This document shows positions 9,446-19,188 of a stretch of 64,000 nucleotides of DNA, piece after piece; the stretch's first letter is position 1; every line of letters begins with the position of its first letter. The position numbers and the translations under genes were made by a program. Below the pieces are notes generated by a model. It was not told the DNA's origin, made no database searches, and saw only the letters and a list, made by a program, of their open reading frames with translations. This stretch comes from a virus: IMG/VR virus record IMGVR_UViG_3300045988_160259, positions 1 to 64,000 of that record; one strand, written 5' to 3'.

Positions 9446-12400
9446 ACCTAAGTTTTTAAAAAATTCAAATATTCCACCACCAGCAAGTAGAGGTGTTAAA
9501 ATACCAATTTTATCGATTATTTTTGTCAAGACTTCAACAAAAGAATTCCCAAAATCAATTACACCTTTAATCATTCCAGAATCAGCCATTGTTGCTGCTA
9601 ATTCTTGACAAGATGCTTTTATTCTATCAATAGAATATTGAATGGATTCTTCATATTTATCTTGCTCTTTTTTAGCACTTCCTGCAGAATTTTCTGCTGT
9701 TTCATATGCTTTTTTTATAACATCAATATTATTTAAAGCGGCAGCTAAAGCGTTACTTTGATTTTTTCCAGCTAATATTTCAAGCAAAGATGCACGATTA
9801 ATATCAGTCATGCTTTGCCATTTTTCACCAATACCAACAACGATATCATAAATATCTTTATATGTATTTTGGTCTTTCATAATGTCAAAACCACCTGTTA
9901 ATGCTTTGACTTTTGCTTGAAGTTTAGAAGTAGAAGTAATTAAATTATCAGTGTCTTCTCCCATTTCGGAAAGTTCAACTTCTGACCCTCGAAGTCTAGC
10001 ACTTACAGTTTTCCACATATTTCCTACTTTATCCGGGTCCTGAAGTGTTGTGTTGGTTCCGGTAATTAAAGCAATTGATTTTGAAAGATCTGTATTTGCG
10101 GCATTGAATGATGCAGCACTTCGTTGTAACGCTTCTCCAATTCCACCACTATTGATTGCAAAATTATTGCTGACTTCATTAAATTTGTCAATGATACTCA
10201 TCGCATCATCAGCTTCCAAATTAAAGCCTTTTAATGTCGAGATTAGAGAATTATTGGCTTCTTCAATGTCAATTCCATCACCAACGTTTTTATAAATGAG
10301 AGAAACTCTTGCTAATTCTTGACTATCTGGGATATTGTATCCCATTCTTGCCCAATCAGAAGTAGCCGAAATAGTGTCCGTAATTGTAGCTCCAACATCT
10401 TTTGCCAAATTTGCATAATCCGAAAGTTTTGACTCTAAATCACTAACCGTCGCATCTGATACTTTTGATAAATCTGTAAAAGCGCTATTGACATCAGTCG
10501 CCACTGAAATAATCTGTTTTCCATAATTTACAACATCATAAATACTAAAAAATTGCGCAAAAGATTGTTCTAAACCACTAGAAATTTTATCTTTAACATT
10601 TTGAAAAAATTTATTTCCTGTTAAATCCATTTGTTTGGATTGGTTTGAAATCGCTAGGAATTGAGCTTCCAAACCTGATAAGTCGGCTTCAGAACCTAAC
10701 GTTTTAATTTTATTGATTATCTCATCAAGTTCGTCCCCAAAGACAGCAACGGCTTTCCCATTGTCTCCCATAAAATTATAAATTTTACTGATTAATTTTT
10801 CGGCAGAATTTATGGATGTTCCTTTTCCAACTTCTTTTAGCTTGGTTTCTGTTTCTGATGCTTGATTTTTTAGCTCAATGAACCGATTAACTTGATCTTC
10901 TGATAGTAAATCTACACTGCTTATTTTTTGAGCTTCTTCTAATATAGTATGTAAAGTTTCTACTAAATCTTTATAGTCTTGTTTTTGGGATTTTAAGGCA
11001 CTAGAATCGTAATTGGAAATACGATTAGCTAAAGAAGAAAAATACGTTTTTTGTGTACTAATATTGGTTTTTTGATGGGCAGTTATTAAGTTACCCTTTT
11101 GATCTACCGTAACAGAATTACCGTTAGAACCAAGAACTTTATACGAAAGCGCTTGCTTACCATTTAATTCTCTATAATTCTTTTCTACATTTACTATTTG
11201 ACCTAATTTATCTAGATATTGAGAAGCAGCTGCTGTAGCCTCAGACCATTCATTGGTATTGAAAGGTATGTTACCATTAAGTCCTGTATTTACTCCTGAT
11301 GAAACAGATTGTATCTTGCTTGTACTATTTTGTAAAATAGAGGCGAGATTTTGTAATGCACCAGCTTGAGAAAGTAATTGATTTAACTGTGTAAAATAGG
11401 TGTTTGTATTAGTATCAGCATTTGCAATAGCTTTATTAATTTCGTCTAAAGCAATGGCTAATGAAAGAAGATGATCTGCTTGTTTCTCTGTTACTTTTAG
11501 TCCTTTTAATATGTTGGAAACATTTGTAAGAGAATTAATATTTGACAGAGCAGTAGCTAATTTGTTGAATTCATTGCCTAAATCGCCAAAAGTAGTAACT
11601 TGTCCTTTGGTATTCGATACATTATTTAAAGAATTAAAAAACTTTTCTAAACTAGAAAATAGCTTTGGGTCTGGAAGTTGAACTTGTCCAATTGCAGTTA
11701 ATTGATTCGAAAGTACATCTAAAGCATCCTGAATTTGTTTTAATGCAGTTACTGCTTTTTGAGAAGCTTGCTCGAATGCTGTTCCAATTTTTATTGCTTC
11801 TTCATCCACGGAGTTATTTAATTTTGGCCCAGGATTGTTTGTAGATACATTAATATTTGAAGCTTCTTTTTCTTTTTGAATCAGCTCTTCATATGCAACA
11901 GTCAATTTATTGATTGTATCTTCTGTTTTGCCCAATTGATCAAGTTGGTTCGTACCACCCATGTTTACGTATTCTTGATAGGCTTGTACAACATCGTTAA
12001 TACGTTTTAACTGATTCTTTTTTACATCGCCATCTTTTTTAGTGATTCGATCAAGAATAGCTTCTGTTTCTTCCCATTTAGAATTAATATCTGTTTGAGA
12101 AAAAATATTATTTGATCTTGCAATAGTTTCTTCTACATTTTGGATAGCGCTAATTATATTTTTTAGGTCAGACAAATTATTTAAAGAATTAGAAAGTACC
12201 TTACTAAAATCTTCTAATCCATTAAATTTTAAACCTTTCGAGTCAATTTCTGAGAGCAGACTTTTGATTTCTTCCATTTTTGAAAGAACTTCATTTAATG
12301 TTGAAACGTCTTTCTCCGAAAATACAGACTGATTACTTGAAATATTTTCTTTTATTTTATCAATATTTTCTTCTGTTCTCTCTGCGAATTGACCGAGAAA

Positions 12401-13807
12401 AGACGATAATTCATTTCCACTACAAAACTCATTAAATTCAGAATATAACTGTTGAAGTTGTTTTCTAGCATCTTCAATTTCTTTTCCGATATTAATGTTT
12501 GTTTTGCCATCTGTATCCAAAATTGCTTTTCCGATTTTAACTTTTTCATCATCAGGAACAGCAAGATGAATATTAATAGGATTATTTTCAAAGAAACTTG
12601 TTACTTCTTTGATAGAATCCTTTGCTACAGATGTTGCATTATGTATTGCAGCCCTTAAAGATTTATCATATACTTTTTCTATATTATCTATATAAACATT
12701 GCCACCAGAATTTTCCAGTTCTTTTCGAGCTACATTTATTTGATTCTGGGTTAAAGACGGATCGCTTTCTGTCTTTTGGGTTTTTTCATATTCAGAATCG
12801 ATACGTAGCTTAACAGGGGCAATAATTGGCTTTTTCGAAGCTATCGCCTGGAGATCTTCCAAAACAGTTGTAAGCTCAGATTTTAATTCTTTCGAACTGA
12901 TCTTTAATTTGATAACACCATTTTCTGATACTTTAGTAGAAGAATTCTTTGGAGCTTGAGAAGTATCAGTTGTTATTTTTTTTACATTTTTTTGTAAAGA
13001 AATTAGATCGTCTACACATTGACGAGACATTTCATTTAATTCATCTTCTGAAATGATATTATTCCAATTGATTTTTCCGTCATCAATGGATTCGTATATG
13101 TATAAAATATTTTTTGCAGCATCTAACATACTTGATTGAGCGTCAGCTAATTCAATCTGTTGTTGTCTGTATCCTGATTGGGTTTTCCGTAATAAATTAT
13201 CATTAATACTATCTATTTTATCTGCAGCATCATAATATTTTTGAATTAATTCATTGCATTCTTTCTCTATTTCTGCAACAGATGCATTTAGATTTGTATC
13301 ATAAGATTCATTCTTAATTCGAGATATTCTATCTGTAATAGTTTTTAAAGGTACCGAATTAGAGTTCTTTGAACTTGAAACCATTTTTTCTGTATTAATG
13401 CTAAGTTCTTTAAAAGCACTATTTGCAGATTTAACAGCATTACTCATAGTTGTGAGTTGTGTTGTAATTAACTCTATACCAGTATGTTGCCCAATAGTTT
13501 GTAAATTTTGTTTTAGAATATTAATTTCAGAATTTAAAGCTTCGAATTTTTGTGTGACTTCTGATTTGAATTTCACAAATTGAGAAGTATCTAATTTTAC
13601 ATCATCAAATTTCTCAAATGTACTATCTATGTATTTTTTTAAATCATCAACAATACCTTTAATTTCACTTTTTTCTTTTTCGATGTCGGAAGTTAAATCA
13701 ATTTGTCCATCTAATCCATTTAATGTATTTTCGATATCTGAAAACATTTTTTGTAGTTCTTTTTTGTATTCAAATCCAATACTAACTAATCCATCTTTTT
13801 TTGCCAA
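9359..13807 (-). CDS. tail tape measure protein, proximal part (predicted exon 13807->9446)
   Basis: TTG start with SD AAGGTGGTGA. TP901-type TMP core (..NSGGIGEALQRSAASFNAANT..ITGTNTTLQD..) followed by a hydrophobic segment. The last 28 codons look like read-through into the intron. Confidence 0.85.
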   Translation of the reverse strand: MAKKDGLVSIGFEYKKELQKMFSDIENTLNGLDGQIDLTSDIEKEKSEIKGIVDDLKKYIDSTFEKFDDVKLDTSQFVKFKSEVTQKFEALNSEINILKQNLQTIGQHTGIELITTQLTTMSNAVKSANSAFKELSINTEKMVSSSKNSNSVPLKTITDRISRIKNESYDTNLNASVAEIEKECNELIQKYYDAADKIDSINDNLLRKTQSGYRQQQIELADAQSSMLDAAKNILYIYESIDDGKINWNNIISEDELNEMSRQCVDDLISLQKNVKKITTDTSQAPKNSSTKVSENGVIKLKISSKELKSELTTVLEDLQAIASKKPIIAPVKLRIDSEYEKTQKTESDPSLTQNQINVARKELENSGGNVYIDNIEKVYDKSLRAAIHNATSVAKDSIKEVTSFFENNPINIHLAVPDDEKVKIGKAILDTDGKTNINIGKEIEDARKQLQQLYSEFNEFCSGNELSSFLGQFAERTEENIDKIKENISSNQSVFSEKDVSTLNEVLSKMEEIKSLLSEIDSKGLKFNGLEDFSKVLSNSLNNLSDLKNIISAIQNVEETIARSNNIFSQTDINSKWEETEAILDRITKKDGDVKKNQLKRINDVVQAYQEYVNMGGTNQLDQLGKTEDTINKLTVAYEELIQKEKEASNINVSTNNPGPKLNNSVDEEAIKIGTAFEQASQKAVTALKQIQDALDVLSNQLTAIGQVQLPDPKLFSSLEKFFNSLNNVSNTKGQVTTFGDLGNEFNKLATALSNINSLTNVSNILKGLKVTEKQADHLLSLAIALDEINKAIANADTNTNTYFTQLNQLLSQAGALQNLASILQNSTSKIQSVSSGVNTGLNGNIPFNTNEWSEATAAASQYLDKLGQIVNVEKNYRELNGKQALSYKVLGSNGNSVTVDQKGNLITAHQKTNISTQKTYFSSLANRISNYDSSALKSQKQDYKDLVETLHTILEEAQKISSVDLLSEDQVNRFIELKNQASETETKLKEVGKGTSINSAEKLISKIYNFMGDNGKAVAVFGDELDEIINKIKTLGSEADLSGLEAQFLAISNQSKQMDLTGNKFFQNVKDKISSGLEQSFAQFFSIYDVVNYGKQIISVATDVNSAFTDLSKVSDATVSDLESKLSDYANLAKDVGATITDTISATSDWARMGYNIPDSQELARVSLIYKNVGDGIDIEEANNSLISTLKGFNLEADDAMSIIDKFNEVSNNFAINSGGIGEALQRSAASFNAANTDLSKSIALITGTNTTLQDPDKVGNMWKTVSARLRGSEVELSEMGEDTDNLITSTSKLQAKVKALTGGFDIMKDQNTYKDIYDIVVGIGEKWQSMTDINRASLLEILAGKNQSNALAAALNNIDVIKKAYETAENSAGSAKKEQDKYEESIQYSIDRIKASCQELAATMADSGMIKGVIDFGNSFVEVLTKIIDKIGILTPLLAGGGIFEFFKNLGKPEIMGFYLLYLHDSEPSRHKKYNIMAL

Positions 13808-13823
13808 TTTATTTCACCACCTT

Positions 13824-14300
13824 TTATGAATGACATCTTGATTCAAATTCATTTTGTAATTGATCTCTGAATTTATTTAATTCGTCATAAATACTAAAAG
13901 AAGCAGGATCTCCATAACCGCCATGCCAGTCACCGCCATGATAGGTTCCACTTCCCGTATAAATAAACTTATCTAATAAATCTTGACCAGAGAATCCGTT
14001 TCCATCCAAGCTCGGGTATGTTCCTAGTTTTTCACCAGTAATTTCAACGCCGCCGTAAATATGATATTTACCAGAATTCTTATAATAAGGAAAAGCCGAA
14101 TTATAAAGACGCCATTTTCGCTCATAATAAGGATCTCTATAACTGTTTATTCCCGGCATATAACCTGCGTAATACCAGTCAATTAGATCTTTATATTTAT
14201 CCGTTAATCGTTGCTCTGCTTCTTTTGCCAATGATTTTGCTTTTTCCTTTGCAAAATATTCTAAATTTGATTTTAATTTTGTATCTAATCTAAAAGACAT
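13824..14300 (-). CDS. hypothetical tail-module protein
   Basis: 158 aa ORF directly upstream of the tape measure gene. No family recognised. Confidence 0.65.
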   Translation of the reverse strand: MSFRLDTKLKSNLEYFAKEKAKSLAKEAEQRLTDKYKDLIDWYYAGYMPGINSYRDPYYERKWRLYNSAFPYYKNSGKYHIYGGVEITGEKLGTYPSLDGNGFSGQDLLDKFIYTGSGTYHGGDWHGGYGDPASFSIYDELNKFRDQLQNEFESRCHS

Positions 14301-14348
14301 CGTGTCCTCCTATATAAAAATAAGAGGACACGATGATCCTCTTATCAA

Positions 14349-14858
14349 TTATTTTTTTTGATTATTTTTCAGAAATTCAGGTAAAATATCTTTTGAAAAA
14401 TAACTTACCTTATCTAACATAGATGAGATAAAATTATGCGGTTCCGTATAATTAAATATATAATCATCTTCTGTTAGCTGAAGTATCTTGTTATACTCGA
14501 CTAATTCTTTTTCTGGAATACTATTAATAATAATATCAAGTAATCCATATTTATATAAATTATCATAATCATTTACAAATATATTATCTGAAACAATGAG
14601 ATTTGTATAATTTTCAACAATACTTCTATAATATAATAAATTTTTTGCAACACTATTTTTTGTGAATTTCTTATTATGTGTTACTGGATCTTCAGACCAG
14701 TAACTTGAATTCACAATCTTCTTCGCTAAATTTGCTTTTGTCATATATGAAAGATGAGAATAGATAAATAATGTCCTTTTTAAATAATTTTTCTTTGCCT
14801 CATCTGAAATACATTGCTTATAACCATCTACGAATTTATTAATTTTTATTTTATCCAT
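14349..14858 (-). CDS. hypothetical protein, paralog of 14859..15260 (possible tail assembly chaperone position)
   Basis: Shares the KFV.xY, ENYTNL and GLL..I...PE.E blocks with the adjacent ORF. Confidence 0.65.
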   Translation of the reverse strand: MDKIKINKFVDGYKQCISDEAKKNYLKRTLFIYSHLSYMTKANLAKKIVNSSYWSEDPVTHNKKFTKNSVAKNLLYYRSIVENYTNLIVSDNIFVNDYDNLYKYGLLDIIINSIPEKELVEYNKILQLTEDDYIFNYTEPHNFISSMLDKVSYFSKDILPEFLKNNQKK

Positions 14859-15260
14859 TTACTCGTTCTCCTCTTTAAAATATAAAATATCATGTAAAAT
14901 CATATCTATAAATTTTTTAGATTCATTGATTTCGTTCTCTGGAACTAATGAAAGTATTTTGTTTAATAAACCGCTAGATCTTAATAAATCATAGGTTTTA
15001 TACATATCAACATCAATTTGAAGATTGGTGTAATTTTCAATCAAATATGCTGTAAATAACACATATCTATATATTGATGAAATATTTTGAGTTTTTAATT
15101 CTAATGATTTGTTAATTATTTCACTTAACTTTTCTATTTTTATTTGTAGATTAACATAATTGCATACACAAAAAACATTATCATTAAAATACCGTTCTTG
15201 CATATTTGAAACGACTTCATTATATGATTCTACAAATTTGCTTAATAGAATCTTTTTCAA
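14859..15260 (-). CDS. hypothetical protein, paralog of 14349..14858
   Basis: Its stop codon abuts the start of the next ORF. Shares sequence blocks with its neighbour. Confidence 0.65.
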   Translation of the reverse strand: MKKILLSKFVESYNEVVSNMQERYFNDNVFCVCNYVNLQIKIEKLSEIINKSLELKTQNISSIYRYVLFTAYLIENYTNLQIDVDMYKTYDLLRSSGLLNKILSLVPENEINESKKFIDMILHDILYFKEENE

Positions 15261-15271
15261 TTTTTCTCCTT

Positions 15272-15457
15272 TTATTCCTGATAAATTTTAACTTCCCAAT
15301 GATATCCGTCATCTGTATGAATACTATATTTATCAGAATAAGCATCATACTTCACCTGACAGATCTGGGAAGAGTTTTCTACTATTTTGAAATACAAGTG
15401 TGACGGCAAACAATAATTTCTCTTTTTTAAAATATCATCTATTTCACTGGAGTACAT
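15272..15457 (-). CDS. hypothetical small protein
   Basis: 61 aa ORF packed between flanking genes. Confidence 0.5.
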   Translation of the reverse strand: MYSSEIDDILKKRNYCLPSHLYFKIVENSSQICQVKYDAYSDKYSIHTDDGYHWEVKIYQE

Positions 15458-15968
15458 TGTTTACCTCGCATGTATCTTTTATAAACTGCTTAACGTCATA
15501 AGAATAATTTACCTTTTTAATGTGTGACTGCACACGTACAGTATCGTATTTTGCTAAATCCTTTTGATTAAAAGACTTTTTGCCTATTTCTGAAATCATC
15601 TTGTTAAATTCCTGAATACTCATAAAATATGTATCATTGTTTTCTGTTCGAAAATTGAATAAAAATCCTGCAATTAAATTATGTTCGCTTGCGTCCGTAA
15701 GCTCATCAATTTGATTCTTTCGAATCATGCTTAGTGGGATACTTGTACCCTTAGTTGATTTTTGCTCTAAACAATAGAGTGTTTTTGACTTGTCATCAAA
15801 AACCAAACAATCACACATGTTATGACTTGCAAATCTTGTATTTTCACCAGATGCAAAGCTGGCTGCATTATCTTTCAAGCGATAGTACCAAACGTCTGGT
15901 AATTTATTAACAGAGTTTTTCCAATCAGCTTCAAATTGTTTTCCTGCGTTAATGGCGATTAAAATCAC
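15444..15968 (-). CDS. recU: RecU-like Holliday junction resolvase
   Basis: INAGKQFE..WYYRLKD..CDCLVF..LEQKSTKG pattern resembles the RecU/PrfA nuclease core. Confidence 0.55.
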   Translation of the reverse strand: MILIAINAGKQFEADWKNSVNKLPDVWYYRLKDNAASFASGENTRFASHNMCDCLVFDDKSKTLYCLEQKSTKGTSIPLSMIRKNQIDELTDASEHNLIAGFLFNFRTENNDTYFMSIQEFNKMISEIGKKSFNQKDLAKYDTVRVQSHIKKVNYSYDVKQFIKDTCEVNNVLQ

Positions 15969-16373
15969 TTCCTTCTATATACAATAAAGCGGGAGAGTAG
16001 TGTTCAGTCATTTCTACTCTCCACAAAGAAAATGCCCTTACCAGGCGACTGAACTTTGGTCTAGTAAAAGCATTTTGGATGTGTTATAATAGTTAAACGG
16101 TCACAAGTTCTTAGTCTGTAATTTCAGAAGAAAGTTCTTGGTGATATCTATGTTCTATGAAATGTATCCATTTCTCGTTCACGTATGTGCTTATTGGCGC
16201 TTCCGTCTTAATAGATGGGAATACGTTAGGGAGCACTGGCGTTCTTATCCTTCCCGATAGGATAGAACACCACGCTTTGTAATTTTCCAGTAGAACCAGG
16301 GTTGAGCTTTCTGATAAAAACTTAACACGTCTATTGTGGGAACCTGTGACCGCTTTTTTACTTTCAATGAAAT
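15969..16373 (-). ncRNA. candidate group I intron-like RNA (alternative: 88 aa ORF 16111..16377)
   Basis: R-like ACAGACTAAG (16110-16122) is followed by GTGACCGT, complementary to upstream GCGGTCAC (P3 position). AGTCGCCT 8-mer shared with the S element at 9081-9093. 8 bp hairpin GGAGAGTA/TACTCTCC. Confidence 0.3.
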
Positions 16374-17072
16374 TCATCTTTCAATATTTTGATTTGTATG
16401 ACTTTTCATTTCATCAAATTTCACAACAGCGGGGATAACTGGAAGATGTTCCATGCAATAATTAAACTTTGCATCTCCCAGATGATTTCCGCCACATTTT
16501 TTATAACAAAAATGTAAATTAATGAATTCTTCAACCTCATCTTCTGGAATTCCATTATTAGCCAAATAAAATTTATATTTTTGGTTAATGCGATCCGCCA
16601 AAGATTCTTTTTGAGCTTGAATTAAATTTTTGATTTGTTCTTGTTCTTTTTCATCTGATTTAACAATTTGAGATATATTATCTTTTAATTCTTGCTGGAT
16701 TTGTAAACTTTGTTTTCTATCATGGATTCTATTCTCAGAATATGTATTCACAATATTTTGCGTATCCGTGATAGCTTTACGGATCTCTTCCAGATATTGA
16801 TCTAGATTTTCTTGTATTTTCTTATCATGTTTTATTGATTGACTGACATCTTCTTCACGTTGTTTTGAAAGTTCTTTTACCTCTTTTGCTGTATTTATAA
16901 GCAATTCATGTTCTTCTTTTTTCTCGCGCATTGCTTTTGTTTCAATGCCCAAGAATTCAAATAAAAACCAATGTAATACTTGAATAATTGCCTGAAATCC
17001 TAGCAACGCTACAAAGACTGTTATTCCGAACGCCTTCCAGTCTATGCCAAAAAAGTCACGTATAGGTTCCAC
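16374..17072 (-). CDS. membrane-anchored coiled-coil protein next to the holin
   Basis: N-terminal TM segment ITVFVALLGFQAIIQVLHWFLF followed by a charged coiled coil. Confidence 0.65.
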   Translation of the reverse strand: MEPIRDFFGIDWKAFGITVFVALLGFQAIIQVLHWFLFEFLGIETKAMREKKEEHELLINTAKEVKELSKQREEDVSQSIKHDKKIQENLDQYLEEIRKAITDTQNIVNTYSENRIHDRKQSLQIQQELKDNISQIVKSDEKEQEQIKNLIQAQKESLADRINQKYKFYLANNGIPEDEVEEFINLHFCYKKCGGNHLGDAKFNYCMEHLPVIPAVVKFDEMKSHTNQNIER

Positions 17073-17088
17073 ATTGCACCTACACTTT

Positions 17089-17349
17089 CTAAGCCTTTGG
17101 CTCTGTGTAAGTCATAGCATTCTCTGAATCGCCAGCACCTGCTGTCGTAGGATCAATTACAATACCTAAAATTGCCAATACTACGAACACTGCATTAACA
17201 ACGTTGACCAAATTGTTTCCAAGTTCACTCAGGTCAATTGTAAACCCAAATACTGCAGCAATAGTTTGAATAAGTATGATCATCGCTGGAATTAATGAAA
17301 TCCAGAACATTTTATTTTTCACTCTAACGAGCCAATTAATATTTCTCAT
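17089..17349 (-). CDS. holin (phi LC3 / holin_1 type)
   Basis: MRNINWLVRVKNKMFW.. with two TM segments and the ..IDPTTAGAGDSENAM.Y motif. SD GGAGGG upstream. Confidence 0.75.
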   Translation of the reverse strand: MRNINWLVRVKNKMFWISLIPAMIILIQTIAAVFGFTIDLSELGNNLVNVVNAVFVVLAILGIVIDPTTAGAGDSENAMTYTEPKA

Positions 17350-17421
17350 AGTTTTACCCTCCATAATTTTAATATGATAGGAGAGTGATAATACACTTTT
17401 ACGCCCATAACCATGAGCAAC

Positions 17422-18528
17422 CTATGTTAAGTTCCTCAATGTCATGACACAATTTTTTATTTGATTACATATGTAATCTAATTCTTCTTTTGTTTCTGAT
17501 CCGCACAAAGTTAAACGGATGCCATTATGAATATATTTTTCTTTCATTCCAATGGCAAGCAAGGTATCAGATGATTTCAAACTTCCAGAATTACAAGCAG
17601 ATCCAGTAGATACAATTACACCATGCTCATGAAGTAAGGTCATTAATGCTTCGCCAGATACTCCTTCAAAACACAAAAATAAATTATATGGTAGTCTATT
17701 ATTATAGGAGCCAACAACAAAAAAATTTGGAACTAATCCTGATAATGTTTTTACGAGATAATCTCGTTTTTCTGATGTACATTGATCATAATTATAATGC
17801 TTTACAACGTATCCTAGAGTTAAGATACCAAGTGTATTCTCTGTTCCGCCAAAAAGTCCATGTTCTTGTGAACCATATATAATAGGAAACAATTGAATAT
17901 TATCCTTTTTATATAAAACTCCACACCCTTTTAAAGATCCTAATTTGTGCGCAGAAAATCCTGCAATATCAATATCCAATTTCTTGGCATCCAGTGGAAT
18001 TTGACTGATCGACCCAGTGCAATCGATATAAATTGTACCGTTATAAAAATGGATCAAATCAGTGAGCTTTTTTACATCTTGTATTGTACCGATTTCACTA
18101 TTAGCATAATCCATGACCACAAAACTACTTTTATTATATATAGAAAGAAGAGATTTCAAATCATCAAAATCAATTTCGCCCTGTCCATTGACTTTTAATG
18201 GAATAGCACTTCTAACTGTTTTTACATAATTTAAAATTGATTTATGTGCAATAGGAGAGTACAGAATAACACAGTCATTTTGGTCTTTATATCCTTTGAC
18301 TGCTAACGTATTAGAGGCCGATCCTCCAGAAGTAAATAAAATATTACTTTCATCTGCATGAATAAAATCAGCAATATTTTTTCTTGCTTCATCAATTTTA
18401 TTCCGAATATTTCTTCCTTCCTGATAAGCACTGGATGGATTATAATAATCGTCTAAAATAGATATAATATAATTTTTTGTCTCTTGATTTAATGGAGTAG
18501 TGGCAGCATTATCTAAATAAATTTTCAT
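17422..18528 (-). CDS. class V aminotransferase / cysteine desulfurase (NifS/IscS-like)
   Basis: PLP-lysine motif SAHKLGS and active-site Cys loop STGSACNSG. ATG at 18528 follows SD AGGTG. Confidence 0.8.
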   Translation of the reverse strand: MKIYLDNAATTPLNQETKNYIISILDDYYNPSSAYQEGRNIRNKIDEARKNIADFIHADESNILFTSGGSASNTLAVKGYKDQNDCVILYSPIAHKSILNYVKTVRSAIPLKVNGQGEIDFDDLKSLLSIYNKSSFVVMDYANSEIGTIQDVKKLTDLIHFYNGTIYIDCTGSISQIPLDAKKLDIDIAGFSAHKLGSLKGCGVLYKKDNIQLFPIIYGSQEHGLFGGTENTLGILTLGYVVKHYNYDQCTSEKRDYLVKTLSGLVPNFFVVGSYNNRLPYNLFLCFEGVSGEALMTLLHEHGVIVSTGSACNSGSLKSSDTLLAIGMKEKYIHNGIRLTLCGSETKEELDYICNQIKNCVMTLRNLT

Positions 18529-18539
18529 AGTCACACCTG

Positions 18540-18815
18540 CTAATCATAATATTCATTGTTAATGTAAAAATTTTTCAATGCTTCAAATAATTCCGGTGTC
18601 TTTTTATATTTCCAAACAGTTTTTCCGGTATCATCGACCTTTACGAATTCATAACGAATACCGTATTCTTTTAGATATTTATACTCGTCAACAAAAGAAG
18701 TCGCGTATTCTTTATCAAACTTCATTTTCCTTTTGTTCCTTCCTGATATATAAGCGTAAAAAATAGGGGTGCGTATAATTGATATATACGTACCCCTATA
18801 ATTCTCATATATCAA
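18540..18815 (-). CDS. hypothetical protein
   Basis: 91 aa ORF overlapping its neighbour by 4 nt. Confidence 0.55.
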   Translation of the reverse strand: MIYENYRGTYISIIRTPIFYAYISGRNKRKMKFDKEYATSFVDEYKYLKEYGIRYEFVKVDDTGKTVWKYKKTPELFEALKNFYINNEYYD

Positions 18816-19165
18816 TCAACACTATTCTTATTCACTTTAGATTTTGGAACAATCTTTACAGCTTGTTCTCTTTTTTTAGTCGCAGTAACTTTTTTATCAT
18901 TCTTATTATCAATAATTTCTGATACAAGTTTTTGGATATTTTCCTTGTAGATAGAAACTTTTGATAAATCACACAATGATAGATTTGTAGCTGCTGTTTC
19001 TTTACTTATTGCACCTTGAGCGTAATCGCTTACAGTTTCAAAAACATTTTTGCAATTTTCTGTATCAAACAGATTCATCCACATCGGGAGATTCTTGCTC
19101 GTAGGACAATATCCGCAATACTCATAAGCCTTACCACAAGTAAGGCATACTCTGTTATTTGCCAT
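18812..19165 (-). CDS. Cys-rich (zinc-binding) hypothetical protein
   Basis: CLTCGK..CGYCP motif. Confidence 0.6.
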   Translation of the reverse strand: MANNRVCLTCGKAYEYCGYCPTSKNLPMWMNLFDTENCKNVFETVSDYAQGAISKETAATNLSLCDLSKVSIYKENIQKLVSEIIDNKNDKKVTATKKREQAVKIVPKSKVNKNSVD

Positions 19166-19188
19166 TTGTTTCTCCCTTCTGATTAGAA

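Noticed and set aside
16111-16377. 88 aa ORF with ATGA coupling to 16374..17072
   Set aside because: Not fully rejected. The region is more GC-rich than its flanks and carries group I-like R/P3/S features, so it is listed as an RNA candidate with the ORF as the alternative.
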